Below are positions 1 to 8,270 of a stretch of DNA of 64,000 nt, piece by piece; positions within the stretch are counted from its first letter, which is position 1; each line of letters starts with the position of its first letter. The position numbers were made by a program, and so were the translations under genes. The notes beneath the pieces are model-generated. The model saw nothing but the letters and a program-made list of their open reading frames with translations. It did no database searches and had not been told where the DNA came from. The DNA is taken from the sequence record LR756502.1, one strand, 5' to 3'.

Positions 1-466
1 TAGGAGTCATATTATTTATTCTTTCCAAAATAATATTAAGAGATTCAGATGGATTTACATCTTTAAATCTAGATAGATTAGCTTCTCGAACATCATCCTC
101 TTTAACATAATAATTTTGGTCTGCTTTGATTCCATAAAGTGGAAAATCCTTAATACACTTATAAAGTGTTAGATCCCCACTGTCAATATCCTTATTGCAA
201 TCAGCATCAACATCAATCGACATTTGTTCTTTAAGAAACTCTAGCTCTTGTCGGTATTCACTTAATGCTTCTTTTACAAGAGGATCAAGTACGTTAAGAT
301 TATCAATACCCTTCATTAAAATATCCTCCATTTGCTCTGGAGATGCTTTCTCCATATCAATTTCAAACTGTTCTAATGTATATGTTGAATCTAATCCAAA
401 TTCCAAATCAAATAAGTTATTCAGATTCTTCAAATCATCCAATTTTTCTTGTCTAGTCTTTTCCAT
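1..466 (-). CDS. Hypothetical acidic protein, partial (runs off the window start)
   Basis: Hand translation from ATG at 466: MEKTRQEKLDDLKNLNNLFDLEFGL...ERINNMTP, open to position 1; absent from the ORF track because there is no stop. Confidence 0.75.
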   Translation of the reverse strand, partial: MEKTRQEKLDDLKNLNNLFDLEFGLDSTYTLEQFEIDMEKASPEQMEDILMKGIDNLNVLDPLVKEALSEYRQELEFLKEQMSIDVDADCNKDIDSGDLTLYKCIKDFPLYGIKADQNYYVKEDDVREANLSRFKDVNPSESLNIILERINNMTP

Positions 467-480
467 TTTATTTTTTAATT

Positions 481-663
481 TTATTTTTTAATATTCGCTT
501 TCATTCTAGAAACACGAGTTTTAATAGTAATGTATGTATCATCTGCTTCAATAACCTCAGCCTCACTACTAATCTCACCACTAATATATACTTTATCACC
601 AACCTTTATTAAACTTGAATTTTTAGCTTGTTTCCTCATAAGGAGTAAACATAGAAAAGTCAT
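481..663 (-). CDS. Small membrane protein, TM helix followed by a KVGDKV beta domain (loosely YajC-like); 5' end may be frameshifted
   Basis: Frame stays open upstream (FFSFLEYRDTSPAYVAIGIVGFSFL); the ATG at 749 next to a promoter is out of frame. Confidence 0.5.
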   Translation of the reverse strand: MTFLCLLLMRKQAKNSSLIKVGDKVYISGEISSEAEVIEADDTYITIKTRVSRMKANIKK

Positions 664-770
664 TAGAAATGAGAATCCTACTATACCTATTGCAACATAT
701 GCAGGGCTAGTATCTCGATACTCTAGGAAAGAAAAGAATCAAAATTCATAGTTGTTTGTTTTTGTTGATA

Positions 771-778
771 CAAATATA
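771..778 (-). promoter_or_regulatory. Bacteroidota-type -7 promoter element TATATTTG
   Basis: CAAATATA on + strand; matches TAnnTTTG; upstream of minus-strand ORF. Confidence 0.6.
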
Positions 779-874
779 CGTACTTATTTTGAATCTGCAA
801 ACAATTTCAAGATTATTTTTGTTAAAATGTGTAACTAATTGAAAGCCACGCAAAAAAGTAAAAAATAAACTGAT

Positions 875-942
875 ACATAACAGCACCTAAATCGCAAATT
901 TTGTGAAGAACAAAATCAGCGTTTAGCTGCGAACAGTTATGC
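875..942 (-). mobile_element. attC-like recombination hairpin 1
   Basis: ACATAAC...GTTATGC ends with internal inverted repeats CTAAA/TTTAG and ATTTTGT/ACAAAAT. Confidence 0.65.
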
Positions 943-1009
943 GCCATCTATCGTTTGGTTTCTATAATGGGTTGGTATGGGTAGTATTTGCATACATACA
1001 AAGTAGTTA
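936..1009. repeat. About 74-bp direct repeat, copy 1 (copy 2 at 1331-1404)
   Basis: GTTATGCGCCAT(C/A)TATCGTTTGG...CATACATACAAAGTAGTTA; 2 mismatches between copies. Confidence 0.9.
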
Positions 1010-1018
1010 CCTGCAAGG

Positions 1019-1204
1019 CTACTGAACATCCTTAACCAGACGTTTATCAATTAACCATTGCTTGTATTCTTGAAGTACATAAGGTAAATTCATTGTGCTT
1101 TTACCGTTTTTGCTTTCATAAATAAATTGACCGTGTTCGTTTTTTTCACAATCAATTTCTTTGCAAAATTCAATCTCGTTTTTTACTAATTCTTGAATAT
1201 CCAT
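1019..1204 (-). CDS. Hypothetical protein within an attC-bounded gene cassette
   Basis: 61-aa ORF flanked by complementary boxes GTTACCTGC (1006-1014) and GCAGGTAAC (1243-1251). Confidence 0.75.
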   Translation of the reverse strand: MDIQELVKNEIEFCKEIDCEKNEHGQFIYESKNGKSTMNLPYVLQEYKQWLIDKRLVKDVQ

Positions 1205-1242
1205 TTCGTTATTTATTTAAGTTCCTACTGATAAACCGCCCA

Positions 1243-1340
1243 GCAGGTAACAGCGGTTTGGCAAAAGATGCCATAAACATTGTGCGAACTTTGAAATTTC
1301 CGTTAGGCAGCCTTCGCCAAGCCTGATAACGTTATGCGCC
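1243..1340 (-). mobile_element. attC-like recombination hairpin 2
   Basis: GCAGGTAAC...GTTATGCGCC with internal TTGGC/GCCAA and TGCC/GGCA arms. Confidence 0.65.
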
Positions 1341-1404
1341 ATATATCGTTTGGTTTCTATAATGGGTTGGTATGGGTGGTATTTGCATACATACAAAGTA
1401 GTTA
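1331..1404. repeat. About 74-bp direct repeat, copy 2
   Basis: Near-identical to 936-1009. Confidence 0.9.
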
Positions 1405-1678
1405 TAAAACGTTACTTTTTACTTTTTTTCCCACCCGCCTGTATGTGATTAAGGAGTATAGTTTCAATGTAATTATTCAAATTGCGGTTGTCCTGCTTGG
1501 CAAGTTTCGCAAGTTGACCAAGGAGGGTTTTATTCTCCTTACTTGGTCTGAATGTTAATGTTTCGTGTGCCATTATTTAATAAGTGTTACATTTTTTATT
1601 TTCATTATTCTTGTAACTTACTGATAATCAAAGAGAATAAAACAATAAAACCCTCCATAAAAAAGTAAAAAGTAACCG

Positions 1679-1753
1679 ATTTTATAACATCACCTTTGCA
1701 AAATTGGCGTAAAAAACGCCAACTATCGCAAAGCTGGATGCCGTTATAAGCCA
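1679..1753 (-). mobile_element. attC-like recombination hairpin 3
   Basis: TTTTATAAC-ATC-AC-CTTTGC-AAAA-TTGGCGT-AAAAA-ACGCCAA-CTATC-GCAAAG-CTG-GATG-CC-GTTATAAGCCA; stop codon of ORF 1744-1962 lies in the TAAC box. Confidence 0.7.
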
Positions 1754-1962
1754 TTTTTCAACTCACTAATAACTTCGTCAATTTCGTAGCTATCAATGTA
1801 ATCACCATTACAATCGTATTCTCGTTCAGTATCTATTCCAAATTCACCCTCTCTATAATTAGCTAAGTTAAATCTACGAATTGATTTTAAACGGCTTATA
1901 ATATCAGCTATAAGTAATGGCTGTTTCGGTGGGGTATTCGAGTTTTCTGCTTCTATTGACAT
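1744..1962 (-). CDS. Hypothetical cassette protein whose 5' end is encoded by an attC arm
   Basis: 72 aa; the KQPLLIADII segment is the translated palindrome arm at about 1892-1925. Confidence 0.7.
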   Translation of the reverse strand: MSIEAENSNTPPKQPLLIADIISRLKSIRRFNLANYREGEFGIDTEREYDCNGDYIDSYEIDEVISELKNGL

Positions 1963-2020
1963 TTGTGCTTAATTTAAAAGTAAGTAGTTCTAATCAGCCA
2001 CTACTCATAGCTGTAACCTC
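1892..2020 (-). mobile_element. Degenerate attC-like hairpin 4
   Basis: CAGCTATAAGTAATGGCTG pairs with CAGCCACTACTCATAGCTG; GGCTTATAA box complements GTTATAAGCC at 1743. Confidence 0.5.
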
Positions 2021-2484
2021 GCTTTTTCTTTACTCTCTGCAATTATTACCAACCCACCTCCTGAGTGGTAGTTATCCAGATTCACCTGGACTAAAAGGAT
2101 TGTGCATCATTGAAACTTTCTTAGATGCTAACGTCGAAAGATTCGCAAGGGTTCGGCCTGTTCTAAGTCATTACTCGATACATTGAACTCATATCGTTAT
2201 ATCTTCTCTATTAAAAAAGTTGGTTATGTAGGAACAGTTTATAACGATTCTCATACTGCAGTTATTCAAACATCTGATTACGCTTATATCGAAAATAACA
2301 GAGTAATCGATAAGGCAATAAGATTGTTATACGCTAATTATTTACCTGACTTAAATAGTTTTAATCCTAAATTTTTATCTGATTTATTTGGCATCTTTTT
2401 AGATATTTATGTTATTAAACAAATATATGGAACTTTTTTGATTCTGACAAACTTTTTCCCCGTGTAAATCTTATTAGAATGTTT

Positions 2485-2494
2485 TAATATATAG
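2485..2494 (+). promoter_or_regulatory. Putative late promoter TAATATATAG
   Basis: Same element 3-6 nt before the ATG at 6425, 13057, 14061, 22261, 42432 (+) and 22245-22254 (-). Confidence 0.6.
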
Positions 2495-2497
2495 TTT

Positions 2498-2956
2498 ATG
2501 AAAAACATCAAAACATACGAAGATTTCGTTAATGAAGAAATCAATTGGAAAGGAGTAGTAGCTGGTGCTATGTCTTTGCTTGCAACCGCATGTTCAAATG
2601 TTCAAATACATGATAAGTCAGGTAAAGAAATATCAACCGATAATTATAATGCTGATGGTATTGTACAAAGTATCTACACCTCGAAAGGTACAACAAGATC
2701 GTATGGTCGTGGTTTAATGCGAAATTATCCAGATGAAATTACTGGATATAAATATACAATTCTTGATAATAATGGTAATCAAATAGTTGTTGGTCTAAAA
2801 GATGATCTAATTTCTACCGGGGATAGTGTCACTGTTTCTATTGAAAATGGAAATATTGAACTAATTATGAAGGAAGAAGATTGTAAAGATCCAAGTAAAT
2901 GTTCACCATTACCAAATGGGAAAGAAGGAGTCAATATAACTAAATATCATTTTTAA
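2498..2956 (+). CDS. Putative internal virion or secreted protein: CTS-like N-terminus followed by a lipobox-like segment
   Basis: MKNIKTYEDFVNE then GVVAGAMSLLATAC. Confidence 0.75.
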   Translation: MKNIKTYEDFVNEEINWKGVVAGAMSLLATACSNVQIHDKSGKEISTDNYNADGIVQSIYTSKGTTRSYGRGLMRNYPDEITGYKYTILDNNGNQIVVGLKDDLISTGDSVTVSIENGNIELIMKEEDCKDPSKCSPLPNGKEGVNITKYHF

Positions 2957-3209
2957 TATTTAAGCTATCTTCAATCCACTTGTCAAAGTCCTTTGCTGGA
3001 GTTTTATTTAGTCCTTCAAAGTAACATTTATTTAATAAAGACTTAACTTCTTCTCTACTATACATATTTGTAGAGAAGAATTCTATAATACTTAATAAAT
3101 CCTCAACATCATCATAAGGTGCTGATCTTTCTTCGGTGTATAACTCCTCGGATACATTATCCTTTACGCTATCAACGATATCTTGTATATCTTCCTTTGT
3201 GTAATTCAT
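2940..3209 (-). CDS. Hypothetical protein
   Basis: 89-aa ORF directly downstream of the tRNA. Confidence 0.75.
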   Translation of the reverse strand: MNYTKEDIQDIVDSVKDNVSEELYTEERSAPYDDVEDLLSIIEFFSTNMYSREEVKSLLNKCYFEGLNKTPAKDFDKWIEDSLNIKNDI

Positions 3210-3223
3210 TATCTTATTATTTG

Positions 3224-3297
3224 TAGCCCCTGCCGGATTTGAACCGGCGACCCACAGATTATGAGTCTGTCGCTCTAACCAACTGAGCTAAGGGGCT
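3224..3297 (-). tRNA. tRNA with CAU anticodon, Ile2 (lysidine) type more likely than Met; CCA not encoded
   Basis: AGCCCCT/AGGGGCT acceptor stem, GCTC/GAGC D-stem, ACAGA-CTCATAA-TCTGT anticodon arm, TTCAAAT T-loop; resembles ileX-type tRNAs; 3' flank is A-CAA. Confidence 0.92.
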
Positions 3298-3390
3298 AAA
3301 TTGGGAGGCGTCTCCTAACCACAGGATACTCCCACCAGTTAAGACATACAGAGTATGATCCTAACTGAGCACATTCACCACTAAAAGATC

Positions 3391-3398
3391 CAAATATA
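3391..3398 (-). promoter_or_regulatory. TATATTTG promoter driving the structured leader and tRNA(CAU)
   Basis: CAAATATA on + strand about 90 nt upstream of the tRNA. Confidence 0.55.
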
Positions 3399-3653
3399 TT
3401 ATTTAACTGTGATTACAATAGTTCCCGTAATTTCAACTAACTTGCCAGTTGCAGCATCTTCAAAGTACCACCCATCAGAATTATCTTCATTGGAAATACT
3501 TCCGGTTGATTCCCATCGGGAAATAACTGTACCAGTAGCTCCATAAAGAGTTACGATATGTGGTTTATTCATTGCACTAAACTGTGCTCTTGTTGAATCT
3601 TTACAAGATGATAATCCAATAATAGCAATTGATAAGATAATAAATTTCTTCAT
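3399..3653 (-). CDS. Putative lipoprotein
   Basis: MKKFIILSIAIIGLSSC lipobox; TATATTTG promoter at 3673-3680. Confidence 0.8.
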   Translation of the reverse strand: MKKFIILSIAIIGLSSCKDSTRAQFSAMNKPHIVTLYGATGTVISRWESTGSISNEDNSDGWYFEDAATGKLVEITGTIVITVK

Positions 3654-3761
3654 AGTTTTTTATTTATTTATACAAATATAGTTAAAATTTAAATACAAAC
3701 CAAATTATTTATTAAATATGATAGAAAACCTGCCTTTATTAATAATATAAATATAGTAAGG

Positions 3762-3857
3762 TTTTTCCTAACTAATTTAGTTTGTGCTAATTGTCATAGG
3801 GAAATCCATGAGGAAATAAGTAGTTTATCTAAAAATAAAACACTCACTCATAACTGA
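3762..3857 (+). pseudogene. HNH endonuclease C-terminal remnant
   Basis: Frame reads LVCANCHREIHEEI with no upstream start. Confidence 0.5.
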
Positions 3858-3864
3858 GTGAGTG
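3833..3864 (-). terminator. Hairpin terminator downstream of tRNA-Arg, built from (CACT)n/(GAGT)n
   Basis: CACTCACTCA-TAAC-TGAGTGAGTG stem, followed on the minus strand by TTTTATTTTT. Confidence 0.6.
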
Positions 3865-3879
3865 AGTGAGTGAGTGTAG

Positions 3880-3953
3880 TGATCCCGTCCGGGATCAAAC
3901 CGGAAACCTTTGGTTTAGAAAACCAACGCTCTATTCAGTTGAGCTACGGAACC
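3880..3953 (-). tRNA. tRNA-Arg(UCU); CCA not encoded
   Basis: GGTTCCG/CGGGATC acceptor stem, TTGGT-TTTCTAA-ACCAA anticodon arm, atypical T-loop TTTGATC. Confidence 0.85.
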
Positions 3954-4214
3954 ATTGTTTTTATTTATTCTCTTTACTATTGATCCCAAGTCCAAGTATC
4001 TTTAAGACCTTCTGGTTTATCTGGTATGTTTATATAATAAAAGAATTTGAACCTATAATACTTTCTAAGGAATCCAATAACAAGTAGATTGTTTGATACC
4101 TTATCAGCCTCGGTGTATTTCTTAATGTAAATATAGTCTTTTATTTTCATATTCCAAAATGATTTAAAATAATATAACCCAAATATACAAAATATCTGGG
4201 TTATATTATAATTT

Positions 4215-6191
4215 TTATTCAGCTTTCTCGTAATGTGAGAAAACCATTGTGTAATCGCCTCGACCTGAGGTGATAGTTCTAAGATCGGTCATATAACCAA
4301 ACATCTTAGATATGGGAACATTAACCTGGATATACTTAAGGGCTCCTCGGTCACTAAGTTCGGATATTTCACCATGTCTTTTACTTAGATCACTCACAAC
4401 ACCACCTGTATAAACTTCAGGTGTAATAACTCTTGCTGACATTATAGGCTCTAACAAGTAAGGCTTACAACTTTCAAGAACATTACGAAATGCTTCCTGT
4501 GCACATAATTCAAAAGAATAAGAGTCAGAATCCACAGAATGGAAGCTACCATCAATCAATCTTACTTTCATAGACTGAATAGGATAACCATGTGACCCAT
4601 TATTGATAGAATTCTTAAATCCTTTCTCAATAGAAGGAATAAACTCTCTTGGAATTACACCACCACTTATCTCATTAATGAATTGTAGACCCTCAATTCC
4701 GTCATCCGCAGGTCCAATTTCAAACTGGATATCAGCGAATTTACCTCTACCTCCGGTCTGTTTACTTAATACCTCACGATGTTTTATGGTATTTTGTAAT
4801 CTTTCCTTATAGGCAACTTTAGGTATACCTTTATTAACTTCGACATTATAATCAGTTCTAAGAAGCTCTATCTTGACCTCAAGATGTAACTCTCCCATAC
4901 CACTTATAATGGTTTGTCCTAACTCGGAGTCACTCCTCACAATGAAGGTAGGATCCTCGTCTGTTAGTTTAGATAATGCAACACCAATCTTATCATAATC
5001 CAATTGAGTTTTTGGCTCGATGGCTATTGATATAACCGGATCTGGGAAGTTCATAGACTCTAACACGATAGGATTATTAACATCACATAAAGTATGACCA
5101 GTCTTTGGGTTCTTCAAACCAACTATTGCTACTATATCACCAGCATATGCAATATCAACAGCTTTTTTAGAGTTTGCATGCATCTGGTAGATTCTGGATA
5201 TTCGTTCCTTTTCTCCAGATACTGAGTTAAGTACAGTGTCTCCAGGTTCTAATTTACCATCATAAACTCTAATAAAAGTAAGTTTACCATGTGTATCAGA
5301 TACAACCTTGAAGATTAAACCAACGAATGGCTTATTCACATCACCGCCTCTATCCAACGGACTAGGGAGTAAGTTCACAATATGGTCTAATAAGGCTTGT
5401 ACACCCTTATCTTTGAAGGCAGATCCACAAAGAACAGGAACAATTGTATTAGATATACATCCAGCTTGTAATGCATTTATAATATCATCATAAGATATAT
5501 CAACATTGTTCATATACTTATCTAAGATAATATCATTAACATCCGCTAGAGATTCAATCATAATATTTCTCATGCTAGTTGCTAGTTCAATCATATCTGA
5601 AGGGATATCAGTAACTTCAATATTTATGCCTCTCTCACCACTTTGGTAGATAGCTTTCATACTGATAAGGTCAATAATACCTTCGAATTTATCCTCTGAT
5701 CCAATCGGTATTTGAATAGCGATAGGGTTTGCTCCAAGCTTTTCTTTTATATCCTTAACAACGCTAAGGAAATCAGATCCAGTTCTATCCATTTTATTAA
5801 CAAATGCAATACGACTTACGTTGTAATCATTGGCTAATCTCCAATTTGTTTCAGATTGAGGTTCAACACCATCAACTGCTGAGAATAGGAATACAAGACC
5901 ATCCAATACACGGAGAGACCTATTCACTTCAACGGTAAAGTCAACGTGACCAGGAGTATCAATAATATTGATTTGATTTTTATTCCACTCACAAGTAGTA
6001 GAGGCGGATGTGATAGTTATACCACGATCTCTCTCTTGTTTCATGTGATCCATAGTTGTATTTCCATCATGGACTTCTCCAATCTTATGGTTTACACCTG
6101 TGTAATATAGTATGCGTTCTGTAAGCGTAGTTTTTCCGCTATCAATATGGGCAACAATGCCGATGTTTCTTATGTTAGAAAGATTTTTCAT
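4215..6191 (-). CDS. fusA: Translation elongation factor G
   Basis: [35 protein letters not shown] and [10 protein letters not shown] motifs; 658 aa. Confidence 0.96.
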   Translation of the reverse strand: MKNLSNIRNIGIVAHIDSGKTTLTERILYYTGVNHKIGEVHDGNTTMDHMKQERDRGITITSASTTCEWNKNQINIIDTPGHVDFTVEVNRSLRVLDGLVFLFSAVDGVEPQSETNWRLANDYNVSRIAFVNKMDRTGSDFLSVVKDIKEKLGANPIAIQIPIGSEDKFEGIIDLISMKAIYQSGERGINIEVTDIPSDMIELATSMRNIMIESLADVNDIILDKYMNNVDISYDDIINALQAGCISNTIVPVLCGSAFKDKGVQALLDHIVNLLPSPLDRGGDVNKPFVGLIFKVVSDTHGKLTFIRVYDGKLEPGDTVLNSVSGEKERISRIYQMHANSKKAVDIAYAGDIVAIVGLKNPKTGHTLCDVNNPIVLESMNFPDPVISIAIEPKTQLDYDKIGVALSKLTDEDPTFIVRSDSELGQTIISGMGELHLEVKIELLRTDYNVEVNKGIPKVAYKERLQNTIKHREVLSKQTGGRGKFADIQFEIGPADDGIEGLQFINEISGGVIPREFIPSIEKGFKNSINNGSHGYPIQSMKVRLIDGSFHSVDSDSYSFELCAQEAFRNVLESCKPYLLEPIMSARVITPEVYTGGVVSDLSKRHGEISELSDRGALKYIQVNVPISKMFGYMTDLRTITSGRGDYTMVFSHYEKAE

Positions 6192-6282
6192 TTTTATAAT
6201 ATGTTTTTTAAATTATCTGTAATAGACAACAAAGCCATTCTTTGTAATGTATTCAGTAAAATTTAGGAAATAAAACTTCTAG

Positions 6283-6346
6283 CCAACCACCGTGGATTTG
6301 TGTGGTTGGGTTATACAACAGCGCGTATGTAGATTAAAGTTTTCAT
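6283..6346 (-). promoter_or_regulatory. Leader peptide MKTLIYIRAVV (6311-6346) plus hairpin: attenuator-like element upstream of fusA
   Basis: 12-codon uORF, then CCAACCAC/GTGGTTGG stem (6283-6309); TATATTTG promoter at 6353-6360. Confidence 0.6.
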
Positions 6347-6439
6347 ATTATTCAAATATAAGGATATATATTAGATTTTCCTACTTTGTTTTATCTTTTT
6401 TTATTTTTTGTGTAAATGGATAAGTAATATATAGTTGTA

Positions 6440-6934
6440 ATGAAACACTTAAAGTCATATAACGAAGGATTGCTAGATTATTTTAAGAAAAATACTCCAG
6501 ATGATAAACTCACATTGAGTATGATTAATCGCCTTGAAAAAATTAAAGATAATAATCCTTATTATATTGGTGGGATAATGGATGGTGTTGGTGAATTGCC
6601 AACGTGGATAAGCTATTATAAGGGCGTAAATGATAGAGAATTTTATAGTATAATCTATTTGGTTAGATTTGATGATGTTGATATTCTGGTAACCAATGAT
6701 AGACATAACTTAGTTAATGAAACTGGGGAACATGTTAGGCAAGAGTTGTGTGAGCATCCTTGGAAGTTATTTATTGGATCAAATTCAAATGAATTGTGTG
6801 AAAAGATAAAGTCTAGAGAGTCGTATCGTATTAAACTATTTAAATTAGTTGATAAAATCTACAAAAGTGATATTGAGAGGGATAGAATTGAAAGAATATC
6901 TAATGAGATTAACCCAGCGGCTGATTTATTATAA
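6440..6934 (+). CDS. Putative internal head protein (CTS-like N-terminus)
   Basis: MKHLKSYNE; TAATATATAG at 6425. Confidence 0.75.
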   Translation: MKHLKSYNEGLLDYFKKNTPDDKLTLSMINRLEKIKDNNPYYIGGIMDGVGELPTWISYYKGVNDREFYSIIYLVRFDDVDILVTNDRHNLVNETGEHVRQELCEHPWKLFIGSNSNELCEKIKSRESYRIKLFKLVDKIYKSDIERDRIERISNEINPAADLL

Positions 6935-7312
6935 CCCTAATTCATCTAATTTAATATCTCTTAGTAATGATTTTATCTTATCCGAGTCTACTCTCAGTGA
7001 TCCAGCAGGAACAACATCGTGATGTGGTAGTGCATAAATTAATTTACCACCACCTACGGCCTTGAAGCCGGTAAAATCGTTTTGTGTATACCAAAAGTAA
7101 TCTGCTAATGGTTCTTTGTGAAGGATATTTAGTATTTGTTGTAGGGATTCTTTTTCAGCCTTATCCATATCAACCTTGTTATATATCTGCCATGCCAGGG
7201 TTGGATCAGGATTAGATCCTTTTGCATCACTATATTTTGTAGAAAAAAAAGGGTGATTGCTTTTCTTAAGCCAATTTGTAAAGTCTTCTTTGAAACAATA
7301 TCTTGGGTCCAT
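6929..7312 (-). CDS. Hypothetical protein, C-terminal tag family
   Basis: Ends LLRDIKLDELGL. Confidence 0.8.
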   Translation of the reverse strand: MDPRYCFKEDFTNWLKKSNHPFFSTKYSDAKGSNPDPTLAWQIYNKVDMDKAEKESLQQILNILHKEPLADYFWYTQNDFTGFKAVGGGKLIYALPHHDVVPAGSLRVDSDKIKSLLRDIKLDELGL

Positions 7313-7572
7313 TACATTATTTTATTTAATTGTAGTTCTCTCCACTGGTCTTTACTTATTATTCTTTCCCAGATTTCTGAATGAGCGAAATGTTTAGTAC
7401 CATCTTCTAGGTTAGTTATTGATCCGGATTGCCAGTTACTGCCAAAGTTTTTATTTATAGCATCAATTTTATATCTATCACCTGGATTGAAATGATAATC
7501 ATAAGATCCACCTTGTTTGCCATATCTAGCGGTGTAGACTGATTTGAAATAGACTATATCACCTACTTTCAT
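7312..7572 (-). CDS. Hypothetical SH3-like protein, tag family
   Basis: MKVGDIVY start; ends WRELQLNKIM. Confidence 0.75.
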   Translation of the reverse strand: MKVGDIVYFKSVYTARYGKQGGSYDYHFNPGDRYKIDAINKNFGSNWQSGSITNLEDGTKHFAHSEIWERIISKDQWRELQLNKIM

Positions 7573-7575
7573 ATG

Positions 7576-7953
7576 TTACATGTTGTATAATTCAGCTTCC
7601 ATTTCGGAACCTATCACATTTTTAATACCAAGTAAGTCGTTTATTCTTCTATCTCTAAGGTTTTGAATAATTTTCATTTTATCTTTTCTTAATATCTTTA
7701 TCTCACGCATTACATATATTTTAAAAACAGTTGCAAAATAAGAGATACTGTTGCCCTTAGTAGGATCAAATTTGGACACATGTGAATAACAATAATCTAG
7801 ACCACCCATCAAAATATCCATCTTCAAACAGGATATAGTATCTTGGTCAAGAATTACACCATTACTGCAAAGGCCATCAATATGCTTAGATAGACTATTG
7901 TTATATAGTTTAACTATACTTTGAATTTGTTTTTTGGTGATTATTTTATTCAT
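7576..7953 (-). CDS. Truncated sigma-factor-like (gp55 / region 2-like) protein with tag
   Basis: LDYCYSHVSKFDPTKGNSISYFATVF resembles the sigma region 2 FDPxK..AYF motif; RDRRINDLLGI near the end. Confidence 0.5.
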   Translation of the reverse strand: MNKIITKKQIQSIVKLYNNSLSKHIDGLCSNGVILDQDTISCLKMDILMGGLDYCYSHVSKFDPTKGNSISYFATVFKIYVMREIKILRKDKMKIIQNLRDRRINDLLGIKNVIGSEMEAELYNM

Positions 7954-8260
7954 AATAGTAGACAGTCTTCTCTTTTCTAACACACTCTACCGCTGTTTGC
8001 TCAAGCATATCGGAACCATTATGACCAAATTGTGTATAGGTAAACTTAAAGAACTTACCATCTGATCGACGCATTATTACTGTATCATAATCAACAAACC
8101 CTTTTTCAGCATCAAAGTCTTTTTCGATTGATTGTATGTGAACAAATCCATCCCAATCATCAGGCATAAGATCTTCAAGGTCTGGATATTTATCGTTCTT
8201 AGCAATATCTTCTATTGCTAGTCTTTCTTTTGAGTCGTTTTGTTTTCTAATATGTTTCAT
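7946..8260 (-). CDS. Hypothetical protein
   Basis: 104-aa ORF in a co-oriented array. Confidence 0.7.
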   Translation of the reverse strand: MKHIRKQNDSKERLAIEDIAKNDKYPDLEDLMPDDWDGFVHIQSIEKDFDAEKGFVDYDTVIMRRSDGKFFKFTYTQFGHNGSDMLEQTAVECVRKEKTVYYYE

Positions 8261-8270
8261 AATAGTATTT

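Noticed and set aside
2020-2190. GC-richer hairpin-containing segment considered as an ncRNA
   Set aside because: One minus frame reads DNYHSGGGLVIIAESKEKARLQL into attC4, so it is better explained as a decayed cassette ORF; no recognisable RNA family.
2221-2340. Additional attC-like boxes (GTTATGTA, TTTATAAC, GTTATACG)
   Set aside because: Partial hairpin only, and box pairing is inconsistent with the array; too degenerate to call.
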